NCBI GenBank assembly: GCA_964631325.1
Contig: CAZVWJ010000012.1
Coordinates: 224 to 64,223, forward strand
Length of the DNA: 64,000 bases
Origin: an uncultured bacterium
GTDB lineage: Bacteria; T1Sed10-126
Reading direction: 5' to 3'
Shown here: piece after piece, positions 1 through 10,000 of the stretch
Numbering within the stretch: the stretch's first letter is position 1
Layout of the letters: the number at the start of each line of letters is the position of its first letter
Notes under the pieces: generated by a model
What the model was told of the DNA's origin: nothing
The model's input: only the letters and a program-made list of their open reading frames with translations
The model's database searches: none
Translations under genes and position numbers: made by a program

Positions 1-194
1 AAACGGAAAATTTGAGCCACTGGATAGTCGCGAGAGTTGTGAAATTTTCGTCTGTCATTATCTCTGTTTTTGCTACTTCAATCGGTCCTTGATAATTCAC
101 GCCTTCGTGATTCAAGCTGGAGGAAACGAACTTTCCTTGCGCATTTAATCTCAATCTCCATCCTGGGAAATGAATAACTTTTTCATTTTGTGTT

Positions 195-265
195 GTTGAA
201 CAACCTTATCCCCGGAAATTTTTCGATATTTGGAATAACTTAAAAACTTAAAGTACGATACCCCG
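195..265. repeat. ~60-bp direct repeat (copy A) matching 2535-2605
   Basis: ccggaaatttttcgatatttggaataacttaaaaacttaaagtacgataccccgtttta vs ccgaaaatttttcgatattttgcaataacttaaaaagtaaaagtacgagacccggtttta. Confidence 0.7.
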
Positions 266-1113
266 TTTTATCCTTCTTGTAAGGGATCAAATGAAGAAGC
301 TGACCGTCCGCCAGACCGGGAACGTCCTCGTAGAACTGAATAATCATCTGAATAACTGGCCTCCGCCTTATCCGCTACCAGAACTCAACTAAATACACAA
401 CAATCTATCCAAAATTTTGAACTACCGAATAACTAACTGTTACGCTTAAAGACTGAGTATAAGAAGATTTTGATCTTAAATAGGTTTATTTAACAACTTC
501 ACACTCGCATTTGTTCTTCAGTAGACATCTTACTCAGGAGGGGCTCAATATTCATAATTATCACATCACTAAAAAGTTTACCCTAACCCTGAATAAAAGT
601 CCAATTTTGATCCAAACTCATAGAATAGATTTTGCCCCTTCTTAAACTTCGGTCAAATTTTCATTACGTGCGCACAAACTTAAGAAAGGTGTTGACCCCG
701 GGGCAACAAAATTGGTAGGATAGGAATACAGTCAAAGAAAAATGAAGCAAGCGGGGTCACCCGCTCTTTTTTCATGTACACTTTCCTGGCCGGCCTTTTA
801 TCTTTCACTTCTCCCAATATCCCGAAAACTTCCAGCCACTGAAGATGCTAATCACACCCGGAGAACCTGGCAAACCCGTGCAGGTTTTCACAATTGTGAA
901 CAGGTGCACGGGTATAGACTGGAGGATGGGGAAATATTGGCCAATTTTTCAACGATTTGTCGGTGTAAACCTAAAACCTGGAAGGCTGGCACTGGAGTGA
1001 AGGCTGGTATTAAAGTTCAACTACGACCCAAATCTATTAGCGACATCCATTGGAATCTCAAATCTCAACCTCCGTCCCAAGAAAGAACCCGCGAGAGGAT
1101 TATCTTTCCAAAA

Positions 1114-1476
1114 TTAACTGCTTTTGTTTCTCTCTTGAAAAAAACTTCTAATAGCCCTAAAAACTTCTCCTCTATCCCTAAGCGTAAACCTATTAAAATC
1201 ATTCAATTCTAATACTGTTCTTTCAAAGGTATCTTCTTCTTTGGTTATTATCCATCCCCCATCAGGTCCACCAGACAGTTTAAATCCACCAGTTATTGAT
1301 CTCTCTACATTTTTAAAATCAATCATTTTTAAACAATTTAAATTTTTGCCAGTAAATGATATTTCCAATCTATAAAGATCTTCCGACGGTCCAGGATCAT
1401 ACCAAGTCAACTTTGTATTATTTCCTATATAAAGTTCATTTGTGCCCCAAAATTTAATTTTAGAATCCATTTTCAA
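1114..1476 (-). CDS. hypothetical small protein (AT-rich accessory segment)
   Basis: 120-aa ORF in a ~30% GC segment; no recognisable motif. Confidence 0.3.
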   Translation of the reverse strand: MKMDSKIKFWGTNELYIGNNTKLTWYDPGPSEDLYRLEISFTGKNLNCLKMIDFKNVERSITGGFKLSGGPDGGWIITKEEDTFERTVLELNDFNRFTLRDRGEVFRAIRSFFQERNKSS

Positions 1477-1493
1477 TCTCCCACTCTATTCAA

Positions 1494-2018
1494 TTAGTAC
1501 TTCCCGGCAATTAATCGATGATCACGTAAATCTTCAAGATACTTTATACATTGTTCGATATATTTGTTAAACATCCCTAATGATTCTTTTAATTTTGAAA
1601 ACTTGGCTTCTGTCTCTTCAGCAGGTAGATAAATATTTATCAACATTAAAACCGAATCCAACCATATCAATTCAATTAAATTCAGGTTCGGATATTGTGG
1701 TCCAAAAGTATTTATTACATATTGGCACCGCCTTAATGATTGATTAACTAAAATTTCAAATTTTGGCAAATCAGAGGGGGGGTCTTTCAAATAATCAAGG
1801 TACGTTTTAAGGACATTTCGATGCAAAGCAATTAATTCTTTACGCCATTCTTTCTCTTTGCCTGTTGGGGTATCTTCCAGAAAAATAATATCCGGTTTTT
1901 TCCTGGGGACATTACTATTCTTTCCATATATCCCTTGTAGATCTATAGCAAATGAAATTAATTTTTGATTATCTGACAATATTTCTTTACTTATTTCGGG
2001 GAGATCGAGTTCAGGCAC
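1494..2018 (-). CDS. hypothetical protein
   Basis: 174-aa ORF, AT-rich, no recognisable motif; 17 bp downstream of the previous ORF on the same strand. Confidence 0.35.
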   Translation of the reverse strand: MPELDLPEISKEILSDNQKLISFAIDLQGIYGKNSNVPRKKPDIIFLEDTPTGKEKEWRKELIALHRNVLKTYLDYLKDPPSDLPKFEILVNQSLRRCQYVINTFGPQYPNLNLIELIWLDSVLMLINIYLPAEETEAKFSKLKESLGMFNKYIEQCIKYLEDLRDHRLIAGKY

Positions 2019-2534
2019 ATAAGCCCCTCCTGATTGAAAATTATTAATATTTTATTTTGTTTGGCACCAGTTTTAATAGATATCACAAAAGACTCAGAGT
2101 AGTTAACCAGAACTACTGCTTGCAAGGAGACTTCTAATTGTAGAATAAAAAAAGTTAGATCCAATAACTACCAAATATCCAAACGTAGTATTCAATTCGA
2201 TGATGGATCGATTAGAAATTCTAGCATCTACAATTAATTATTCAGAACATTTTCTAAGTTCTCGTCTGCCGATATTACCCAAAGCATTAGTTTCCCCCGC
2301 GAAGCTCCCGTGTAGTATTCTTTCGTGTATTCATCTCGCAGCTTTGGATTTATTAAAAATACTACGTCTGCTTCTAAGCCTTTAAATGCTTTAATCGTTG
2401 AAAAGGGTATTTGACTTTAACTCCTAGGACGAGTCGTGAATTTGCTTAAACTTTGCTTCCCTGCAAAATCAAATTTATCATAGTTTAAGCGGGTATGCAA
2501 AACCATTGGTGATCTCCGACTCTATCTGCCAAGG

Positions 2535-2605
2535 GATAATTCACCGAAAATTTTTCGATATTTTGCAATAACTTAAAAAGTAAAAGTACGAGACCCGGTT
2601 TTAGA
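2535..2605. repeat. ~60-bp direct repeat (copy B) immediately 3' of the KAP NTPase gene
   Basis: see copy A; ~85% identity. Confidence 0.7.
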
Positions 2606-2660
2606 AACAAATTGAGATATATCTTCTAAATCCATATTTTTCTCCATTTACATAAAAACT

Positions 2661-5564
2661 TCAGTTTTCTATTCCGGTTATAGTTTTCATGTATTTCCCA
2701 AACTCTTGGACCTTCTTAATACGGCTATTTTGAAGGTCCTTTATAAACTCTCTCCATTTCTTTGTTTGTTCCCCAGACAAATCATCATAAATAATACCCA
2801 GACATTTTAAGTACCCCGCTGATCTACTGGGTATATCATCTCTTTCCATACGGTCTTTTTGGGTAGGGCTAGCGACCTTATAAATTTTTGAAGACAACTC
2901 GTTAATAGAATCTTCATCTGGATCAATCTCACTTTTCATTTGTTCGTATATCCTACCCAAATAATATACTTTCATTTCTTGTTCAGTAGCGCTATTAATT
3001 CTATTTACGGACTTGGCAAATCTTTGTGTAAAATATTGTTTGACTTCTTCAGTCAGCTTTAGTTCATCTACCATCTCGTCAGTAACGTAATCTATAACGT
3101 CTTGACTGGCATCTAAATTTGAAGAAATTGGTATTTTAAAAATGAAATCTATTAAAAACTTGGTTCTTGGTGCTCCCTTATCTCCTTTGTAAAAATGAAA
3201 GCAAGGTATTAAGAGTCTATTGTTATTCACATCCTTTAAGATTCGCGCGGTTTTACTCAGTAGCTTTTCAAACGCTTCTAAATTAATTTGGTTTTCTAAA
3301 GCTAATATCGAAGCAAAAATGTGATCTGTCTCATCTTTCTTATATCTATCATCTTCATCTTTAAACTCGTCCGCTAAATCAAGCATCTTCGAAATCATGT
3401 TTGAGCGAACTTTAACTGCTTCATCCCCTTCGAGGTAAGAATCAAGTTCCTGGTAATTGTCAAAATACTTTATTTTTCCTGGGACTGGAGCATCTGGATC
3501 AGGCTCTAACGTATCCGCATAATCCTTAAACATTACTGGCTTAACATACTTCGCAACTGCCTTTTCCTCTTCTTGTAATATTTCAATTGCCTTGTCAAAA
3601 CGGGGAGCCGGGTGATCTACGAAGAATTCACTAATACTTTTTGAAATCGTTTCAGAAACGTCGCTGTTAGGCACACTTTCGTGATGTGAAACAAATGCTC
3701 TTAGAATTTCTTCATTAAAACTATTTTCAGCTTTTTCTGAACTTATTAATCGAGCCAAATAGACAAATACCTCTTTCGAATCAACTCGATTTACTGATAG
3801 AATCTCAAAGAGGGGATTAATAGGAAAATCTGTTAAATACTCAGGATCCTGCTGAATCAAGGTGATCAGTCGATCGATTACAACTTTATAAATTTCTGTC
3901 TTCCCTTCTTTATAATCTGAAGCAAGTTTCGCTGACGAAATAAGAATATCCTTCAAATCTTCAAATCTTTCATTCTTATAACATTCGAAAAGCTCTTTCC
4001 GTAAAACCGAAGTGTATGGTTCGATATATTTGATTTCTTCAGGATGGAAATCATTCCGGAACCCTTCTGAATCATAGATAGCTTCCTGGAATACGGATAT
4101 ATTTTCCGAATCTTTATGGGATGGATCAGCGAGATCAATAAAGGGGTCAAGATCCTCCACGTCATTAACTCGGGTTTCTCTCAGAAATGACTTCAACGTG
4201 GCTCCAAGAGATTTGTTTGTAGCATGAACAGGATCATTAAGAGTCTTGTGGAGTGGCTCATACTTTTGCTCTCGCTCGTCTACATTTAAATCAAAGTAAT
4301 CCCTCAGATCTTTTAGTAGAAATTTGTTTTTTTCCAGCCTTTGATAAAAACTCGGGAAAAATTCCTGCAGAACCAAAATTTTTGCTAAAAAATCGAGATT
4401 ACTTGTCACAACATTCCTTTTAATTTCTGGTTCTTCATCATCTTCAGATGTTTCAAGCTTTTCAGCCAATTCTCTCAAAACAACAATATTGTTAAGTATT
4501 TGCTTTATTTTTCTGGGGTTTTTAATTTTTGCCTTGTATAGGACATCTAGAACCTCGTGGGGGAGTTTCACTTGGAGAGTATCGTTCTGTTCATCGATAA
4601 ATTCTTCTGTGTTTTCCGCTTCCAATTTCGGTATGCGGAGCTGAGTTTGGAACATCTTTCTTAAAAATTCTCTACCAAATTTTTCATCAGCATTTGCCTT
4701 TTGTGATATATGAGAGATGAGAGCTTCCTCATCACAAGTAATCACAAATATGCAATCTTCATTTTCCATAAAAGTTTTGACTGAGATTAAAACTTCATAA
4801 GCAATTTCTGGCTCACATCTATCTAAATTGTCAATACCTATTATCAATTTCTCGAAATTCCCTTCCCTGTTTAAGGATTTATTTACAATTGACTGAAAAA
4901 TTTTCTCGTAAGCTCCAGACCATTCTTTTCTCGGATTTAAGGCTCTAATTTGAGGCTTGGCAACATACGAAATCAATTCCTTGATAACAGATATCCCAAT
5001 AATGGTACTTATGATTCCCAGAGATTGAGCAAGACTTCCGTACCAATATGCTATACCGGCTACGACAAAACCTACCGTATAAAGTGTTACGTAAAGTATT
5101 AATTTAGGAGGATTTTTGACTAAATTTTTCCACAAAGTACTTAAATTTGACTGAATTTCCTCAGTGACATCGTATAGTTGAGAAGTAATATCGCTTTCCC
5201 CTAATATCCCATCAGATTCCCCCAATTCATCTCCAATTAATTCATCTATTTGTAAAAGTAGCTCAGTCCGAACAGAGCCCTCGGCGTGCTTCCAAGCGTC
5301 AAAGTTAACACAAATATATTCATTATTTTCTTCTTTGAGTCTATTGAATAATAATTTGACTACTGAACTTTTACCGGACCCCCAAGGACCAAAGAGACCT
5401 ATATTGAATGGAGGATCAACTTTCTCAATTATGGTTTTAAGTGTTTTGGCATATTTTTTTCTCCCAAACTCATCCTCGCCGGGTGAGCCAATTTCTTCGT
5501 CGGGTAAAAGATAATATTCCTCATTGCCGCCAACTTCATTTTGAGAGCTACTCATCAATAACAA
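2661..5564 (-). CDS. KAP-family P-loop NTPase (PifA/Kidins220-like) with transmembrane insert
   Basis: Walker A GLFGPWGSGKSS near N-terminus; hydrophobic helices (LILYVTLYTVGFVVAGIAYWY..IISTIIGISVI) inserted in the NTPase domain as in KAP NTPases; 967 aa. Confidence 0.8.
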   Translation of the reverse strand: MLLMSSSQNEVGGNEEYYLLPDEEIGSPGEDEFGRKKYAKTLKTIIEKVDPPFNIGLFGPWGSGKSSVVKLLFNRLKEENNEYICVNFDAWKHAEGSVRTELLLQIDELIGDELGESDGILGESDITSQLYDVTEEIQSNLSTLWKNLVKNPPKLILYVTLYTVGFVVAGIAYWYGSLAQSLGIISTIIGISVIKELISYVAKPQIRALNPRKEWSGAYEKIFQSIVNKSLNREGNFEKLIIGIDNLDRCEPEIAYEVLISVKTFMENEDCIFVITCDEEALISHISQKANADEKFGREFLRKMFQTQLRIPKLEAENTEEFIDEQNDTLQVKLPHEVLDVLYKAKIKNPRKIKQILNNIVVLRELAEKLETSEDDEEPEIKRNVVTSNLDFLAKILVLQEFFPSFYQRLEKNKFLLKDLRDYFDLNVDEREQKYEPLHKTLNDPVHATNKSLGATLKSFLRETRVNDVEDLDPFIDLADPSHKDSENISVFQEAIYDSEGFRNDFHPEEIKYIEPYTSVLRKELFECYKNERFEDLKDILISSAKLASDYKEGKTEIYKVVIDRLITLIQQDPEYLTDFPINPLFEILSVNRVDSKEVFVYLARLISSEKAENSFNEEILRAFVSHHESVPNSDVSETISKSISEFFVDHPAPRFDKAIEILQEEEKAVAKYVKPVMFKDYADTLEPDPDAPVPGKIKYFDNYQELDSYLEGDEAVKVRSNMISKMLDLADEFKDEDDRYKKDETDHIFASILALENQINLEAFEKLLSKTARILKDVNNNRLLIPCFHFYKGDKGAPRTKFLIDFIFKIPISSNLDASQDVIDYVTDEMVDELKLTEEVKQYFTQRFAKSVNRINSATEQEMKVYYLGRIYEQMKSEIDPDEDSINELSSKIYKVASPTQKDRMERDDIPSRSAGYLKCLGIIYDDLSGEQTKKWREFIKDLQNSRIKKVQEFGKYMKTITGIEN

Positions 5565-8500
5565 CTTCTCAGGACGAGGTTTAGGCGCCAGAGGGGGGCG
5601 GCTTGCTCAATTGGTAGGTACCAAACGAATTTATTGATACCATCCCGGAAAAGCGGAGCCATCTCAGGCCAAATTCTTACAATCTCTTCCATTCTTTCAC
5701 CGAATCGAGAAGCTGACTCTTCTGGTTCTCCTTCAGAAATTGAGGAGGATAGTAGAGCCTCAACTATTGACTCAGCTTCACCGGTTAAATTATTGTCTTC
5801 CTTTGAAGGTAATGGCTTATCAGTTTCTTCAGAAGCCTTTTCTGCTCTTTTTTTAAGATGTTTAAATAATTTCTTTCTTAGATCTTCTTCATCTAAATAC
5901 CCTATCTGTGTGCCAAAGAATTCTAACGCCAGTCGGGAATTAATATCCTCAATCTCAAAAAGTTCATCAAAATCAAATTTTTCAATAACCTCCAGCAACT
6001 TTCCCCTTAACTCTGGATACATTGACCTATGGCCGACAATGGCATTTAACAAAGTCCACGCAATATCTTTACCTGGTTCTTCAATTACATCATTAAGAGC
6101 CTGTCTTGTATATTTTTTCATTAGATCCGACGAGACTAAAAACCCCATGTCTTCTCCAAAAGTCTCTTCGACTACATCATTTCTTGCCCGACCAAGAAAT
6201 GAATTTAAAGCATTCTCCCCAAGAGATGGGTCATTCATAAATTCAGGGTGAATCGATCTTTCATCTTCCTCTCCAACCATGAAGTTTGAAACCAATTCTT
6301 CTTCTACATCCATATCTTCTATCAGGTCAATCGGGAATTTTTCATATCTTGAAAATAAGCCCATGAATAAGAAAGTTCGCTTCTTTACTTCCCTCGGATA
6401 TGCCACATCGTTCCATAACTCAAAGTCCCGATCGAATGTAAGAAGATCAGTTTGTTCCATATTAATCCTAAAATGCTTAAAAATTTGCTCATTATTTATA
6501 CCCGAACGGAGAATAATATTCTGTAATTGAGAAGCGTGTATCCAATTCGCCAGCAAGTATTCCTCTTTGGTTAGCTGTTCGTGATATTGAAGACGGTTCA
6601 GTTCTCGATTCACCCATTTAAGCGTAATCATGAATGATTCGGTATGTAGAGAATCAGGATTCAAGAGCCCGTCTAAAATTTCCTCAGCTTTCTCCAAGGT
6701 CCAGGGATCGTCTTCTTGAAATTGCATTACCAAATTAAACAGGTGAATTAATCGAACAGCCGAAGCCCATTGATCCGATAAATTCTGCAATAAATCAACG
6801 CGATCATCCGAAGACAAGTTTTGTAATTCTTGATAGAGAGGGGCAGGAAAATGTTTTGGAAGATGTGCGAACCGATGGAATGCTTCTTCAAGACCCTCTT
6901 GATTGATTAGTTTTCGTGCTGCCTCTTCTAAAGATTCGTCTATTTCAGTAGCGTCAACTTCTTCATATCGAAGGAAATTTCTGAAAGACTCGGCTTCGGG
7001 AGGGATAAAATCTTCCCTTTTTAATGTTTGCGGCTCTGTGCTGGCCTGAGATTGTAGTTCAAAGTGGTAGAACGGAAGTGATTTCTCACGATATCTATGA
7101 ACTTGTTCCATTCGTTCTTTTAACGAATCTGCTTCTAACAACTCATCTAAGACGTCTTCAAACTCTTGCCTATCTCTATCGAACCACTCCGACCAGGTTT
7201 GTTCCAGAACATCCTCGATAACTCCTTCATCCCTCGACAAAAATCCACATTCAATACTTTCAAACGTAAATTCCTCATCTGTATCTTGATCCACAAATTT
7301 AATGCTATCGCAAAATTCATATTGGGAGTCCAATTCGTTTGGAGAAATTAAAAAAGTTTTCCGACCGGTCCTATCTTGTAACTCTACCTGTTCACTCTCT
7401 CTGTTTACTATAGTTGCGAGCGTCGGCCAAATTTCATTTGGCTTAAATTCGAATCCTGCAAACTCTATGGTTCCTTGAGGCTCTAAAGCAAGTGGATCGG
7501 CTATTCCAGCTAAATTTATATTTTTTTGAATTTTGACTGGCAAATCCCGAAAGAACCGCTGAAGTTGTGCCCGCATAGTTTTCTCTCGCGATTCATCTTC
7601 TAAATCCTCGTCTAAAAAACTAATTAAAAATTCTCGTATCGCTTCCCCCACAGAATTAATGAGAACCCCTTCGTTTAATTCTCTCGGAGCTAACATCCTA
7701 TTGTACAGCCATTGTAAATAATTTTTTCGAAATTTTGACTCCACTTGTGAATCCCCGTGAGTTATTTGAATAGCGTTGCACATAACCCTTCCTATATTTT
7801 GTCCATAAAAGACAAGATCATCCTGTTCATACTTCGTGAGTTCAAGAATTCGACGTATACCAAGCATATCAACAAACAGATTCGAAAATATCCAATTACT
7901 ATATGCTCGCTTCTCATTTTTATTTAAATTACCACTCGACCATATTTCAATTAATACAGCAGATATTTCATGAAATAGATTCATCGTATATCTTACTTCC
8001 CCCATTGAATTTTCAGCTTCAGTATCACTGGGGAATTGCAAATTGTCTTTGTCAATTTGAGTCCCACTAACGTATCGTCTTAAAACTTCAAGTTCATCTG
8101 TTCCTTCCACTGATAGCCCAAATCTATTTTCTTCAAAACTACTCTCATTAAGCCAATACAATATTTCCTCTGAATCTACGGGTAGATACCGTAAATCAGC
8201 TTCCCGCATATAAATCAAGTCACGATAGTAATGCTCTTCACTATAAAAATTATCTATCGTTGATTCAGATGATTCATCTTCTTGATACCTTTCTTCATGG
8301 CTTTGTCTTATCTTCTTTAAAACCTCTGGCATGCCGACAATTGGATTGCCCTGTATGTTCCCATGCCCACTTACATATCTATCATCAGTACAAACGACAC
8401 TCTCTTCTGAAAAATCACCGGTTAAAAGATCCACAAGTACTCTATAATTTGGTTCACGCATTTGTTCATTACTTATTTTTCCTTCCTGATCTTCGGCTAG

Positions 8501-10000
8501 TTCAAGGAACTGATACTTTTCTGGCTGATTTTCCTGAATATGATCGATCAGCGTTTCAATTTCTCCAGCCAGTGATAATCCCTGTTCGATACGCTTTAAA
8601 TTTTGTTCGATTTTCTGTTTTTCATTATTCGTAATAAAAACATTTGGGAAATACTCCAAAACCGACTCCAAAATCCCTTGTCTTTCAAGTTGTTCAATAG
8701 TGTTTCCGCCAAAGTACAAATCATCTTCAAGACTGGGAAGAACATCGTGGTCAACTTCTTCTCCATAACCACCTAAATCTTCTACCTTTGTTTCATACTC
8801 TTCTTCTGACCATTCACCAGATTCATAAATAGCTTTAAGAATTGTTTTGTTATTAACTACCAATTCTTCATATTCCCCAAGTTTGATTTCAGTCAAATTA
8901 CCATGATCATCTCTGACTGGAAGATACTCCACAATAACCCCATCTTTCTTCTTTGCTGTTTCGGCCATATGGATCCAGTCAATATCTTTAACGTCTTGAA
9001 AATCATGCCCTTCATATTCACTCTCGGAAGCATCTAAAACTTTAATTTCATCCTCTTTTATCCGCTCGGATAATCTCTCAAAATTTTCCTTTTGTATCGG
9101 TTGGTGCTTTGACTCACTTTCGGCCTGCTGTTGTAAAAATAAGATTGCAGACTTTGGCAATTTGATAGTTTCAAAGATCTGTTCGATGTGTTCAATCACT
9201 TCCAATTTCCAACCAATCAGTAAACTTGTCATATCCATCACAAATTTTTCAGTTCCTCGATCAATGAATGGATCAGTTCTGTGAGTTAAATCCCTTTGAT
9301 CGGAGGTTAATGATAGCGTTCCGTGTCGATTCATGATTGGAAAAGTCTTCCAATGGCTTTTCAATTGAGTATTTTCATCAAACACTTCCCAGAAAATATA
9401 CGGAAGGGTCGTCCCCATCGCCCCAATCCAAAAATGAAGCGGCATCTTCCCCTGATAATATCGATTCAATATTTCTCTATTTCTTTCTTTTTGCTCCTCC
9501 AGCATTTCCTTTGTTTCTTCAAGGGAGACTGCTCTTAATACATCTGGATCTTCTCCGGCGGACTCTCTCATCTTCTGAAACAGTTCCTTCATCTCATCAC
9601 TATCGTCAAGCCCCAGATTTGTACCGACCGTTACAGCACTTGCGATTAATTGAGGCGTATCAATTTCAAACTCTAAAGCTTTTTCCCAAAGTCGTTTGCT
9701 AATTACTCCCTCATCACCATCTTTTGGTAATAAATGTGCCACTCGTAGTAATAAAAAGGGATCTTCTAACTCCTGAGCTTGACCAAGCAACTCTTCACCG
9801 ATCCTGACAATTTCTTCCTCATCCCCCTTGTAAAGCAGTGATTCAATGTAAAGGTGATAATTCTGGGAGGTAGGCTTATCATCAACTAAATCTTTTGCCT
9901 CACTCTCTGCCTGATCAAAGTTACCAATTTGCAAAAGGGACTTAATTTTTACCTGCCGAAGTTGATTATCCATTTGAAGTTTATTCGTCATAGTACTCAC
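5555..10000 (-). CDS. giant hypothetical protein (1481 aa), acidic, predicted helical/TPR-like N-terminus, no catalytic motif recognised
   Basis: long uninterrupted ORF overlapping both neighbours by 10-20 nt (translational coupling); no Walker A, no nuclease/protease motif found by eye. Confidence 0.6.
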   Translation of the reverse strand: MSTMTNKLQMDNQLRQVKIKSLLQIGNFDQAESEAKDLVDDKPTSQNYHLYIESLLYKGDEEEIVRIGEELLGQAQELEDPFLLLRVAHLLPKDGDEGVISKRLWEKALEFEIDTPQLIASAVTVGTNLGLDDSDEMKELFQKMRESAGEDPDVLRAVSLEETKEMLEEQKERNREILNRYYQGKMPLHFWIGAMGTTLPYIFWEVFDENTQLKSHWKTFPIMNRHGTLSLTSDQRDLTHRTDPFIDRGTEKFVMDMTSLLIGWKLEVIEHIEQIFETIKLPKSAILFLQQQAESESKHQPIQKENFERLSERIKEDEIKVLDASESEYEGHDFQDVKDIDWIHMAETAKKKDGVIVEYLPVRDDHGNLTEIKLGEYEELVVNNKTILKAIYESGEWSEEEYETKVEDLGGYGEEVDHDVLPSLEDDLYFGGNTIEQLERQGILESVLEYFPNVFITNNEKQKIEQNLKRIEQGLSLAGEIETLIDHIQENQPEKYQFLELAEDQEGKISNEQMREPNYRVLVDLLTGDFSEESVVCTDDRYVSGHGNIQGNPIVGMPEVLKKIRQSHEERYQEDESSESTIDNFYSEEHYYRDLIYMREADLRYLPVDSEEILYWLNESSFEENRFGLSVEGTDELEVLRRYVSGTQIDKDNLQFPSDTEAENSMGEVRYTMNLFHEISAVLIEIWSSGNLNKNEKRAYSNWIFSNLFVDMLGIRRILELTKYEQDDLVFYGQNIGRVMCNAIQITHGDSQVESKFRKNYLQWLYNRMLAPRELNEGVLINSVGEAIREFLISFLDEDLEDESREKTMRAQLQRFFRDLPVKIQKNINLAGIADPLALEPQGTIEFAGFEFKPNEIWPTLATIVNRESEQVELQDRTGRKTFLISPNELDSQYEFCDSIKFVDQDTDEEFTFESIECGFLSRDEGVIEDVLEQTWSEWFDRDRQEFEDVLDELLEADSLKERMEQVHRYREKSLPFYHFELQSQASTEPQTLKREDFIPPEAESFRNFLRYEEVDATEIDESLEEAARKLINQEGLEEAFHRFAHLPKHFPAPLYQELQNLSSDDRVDLLQNLSDQWASAVRLIHLFNLVMQFQEDDPWTLEKAEEILDGLLNPDSLHTESFMITLKWVNRELNRLQYHEQLTKEEYLLANWIHASQLQNIILRSGINNEQIFKHFRINMEQTDLLTFDRDFELWNDVAYPREVKKRTFLFMGLFSRYEKFPIDLIEDMDVEEELVSNFMVGEEDERSIHPEFMNDPSLGENALNSFLGRARNDVVEETFGEDMGFLVSSDLMKKYTRQALNDVIEEPGKDIAWTLLNAIVGHRSMYPELRGKLLEVIEKFDFDELFEIEDINSRLALEFFGTQIGYLDEEDLRKKLFKHLKKRAEKASEETDKPLPSKEDNNLTGEAESIVEALLSSSISEGEPEESASRFGERMEEIVRIWPEMAPLFRDGINKFVWYLPIEQAAPLWRLNLVLRSCY

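Noticed and set aside
1-170. Partial minus-strand ORF running off the window start (…QGKFVSSSLNHEGVNYQGPIEVAKTEIMTDENFTTLATIQWLKFSV)
   Set aside because: It is open to the window edge but too short to characterise, so it is not listed as a feature.
742-1212. 156-aa plus-strand ORF
   Set aside because: AT-rich region, overlaps the minus-strand ORF 1114-1476, and has a low-complexity translation; it is likely spurious.
5634-9702. Several 60-205-aa plus-strand ORFs inside the 1481-aa gene
   Set aside because: They are antisense to a long uninterrupted ORF and are serine-rich or low-complexity frame artefacts.
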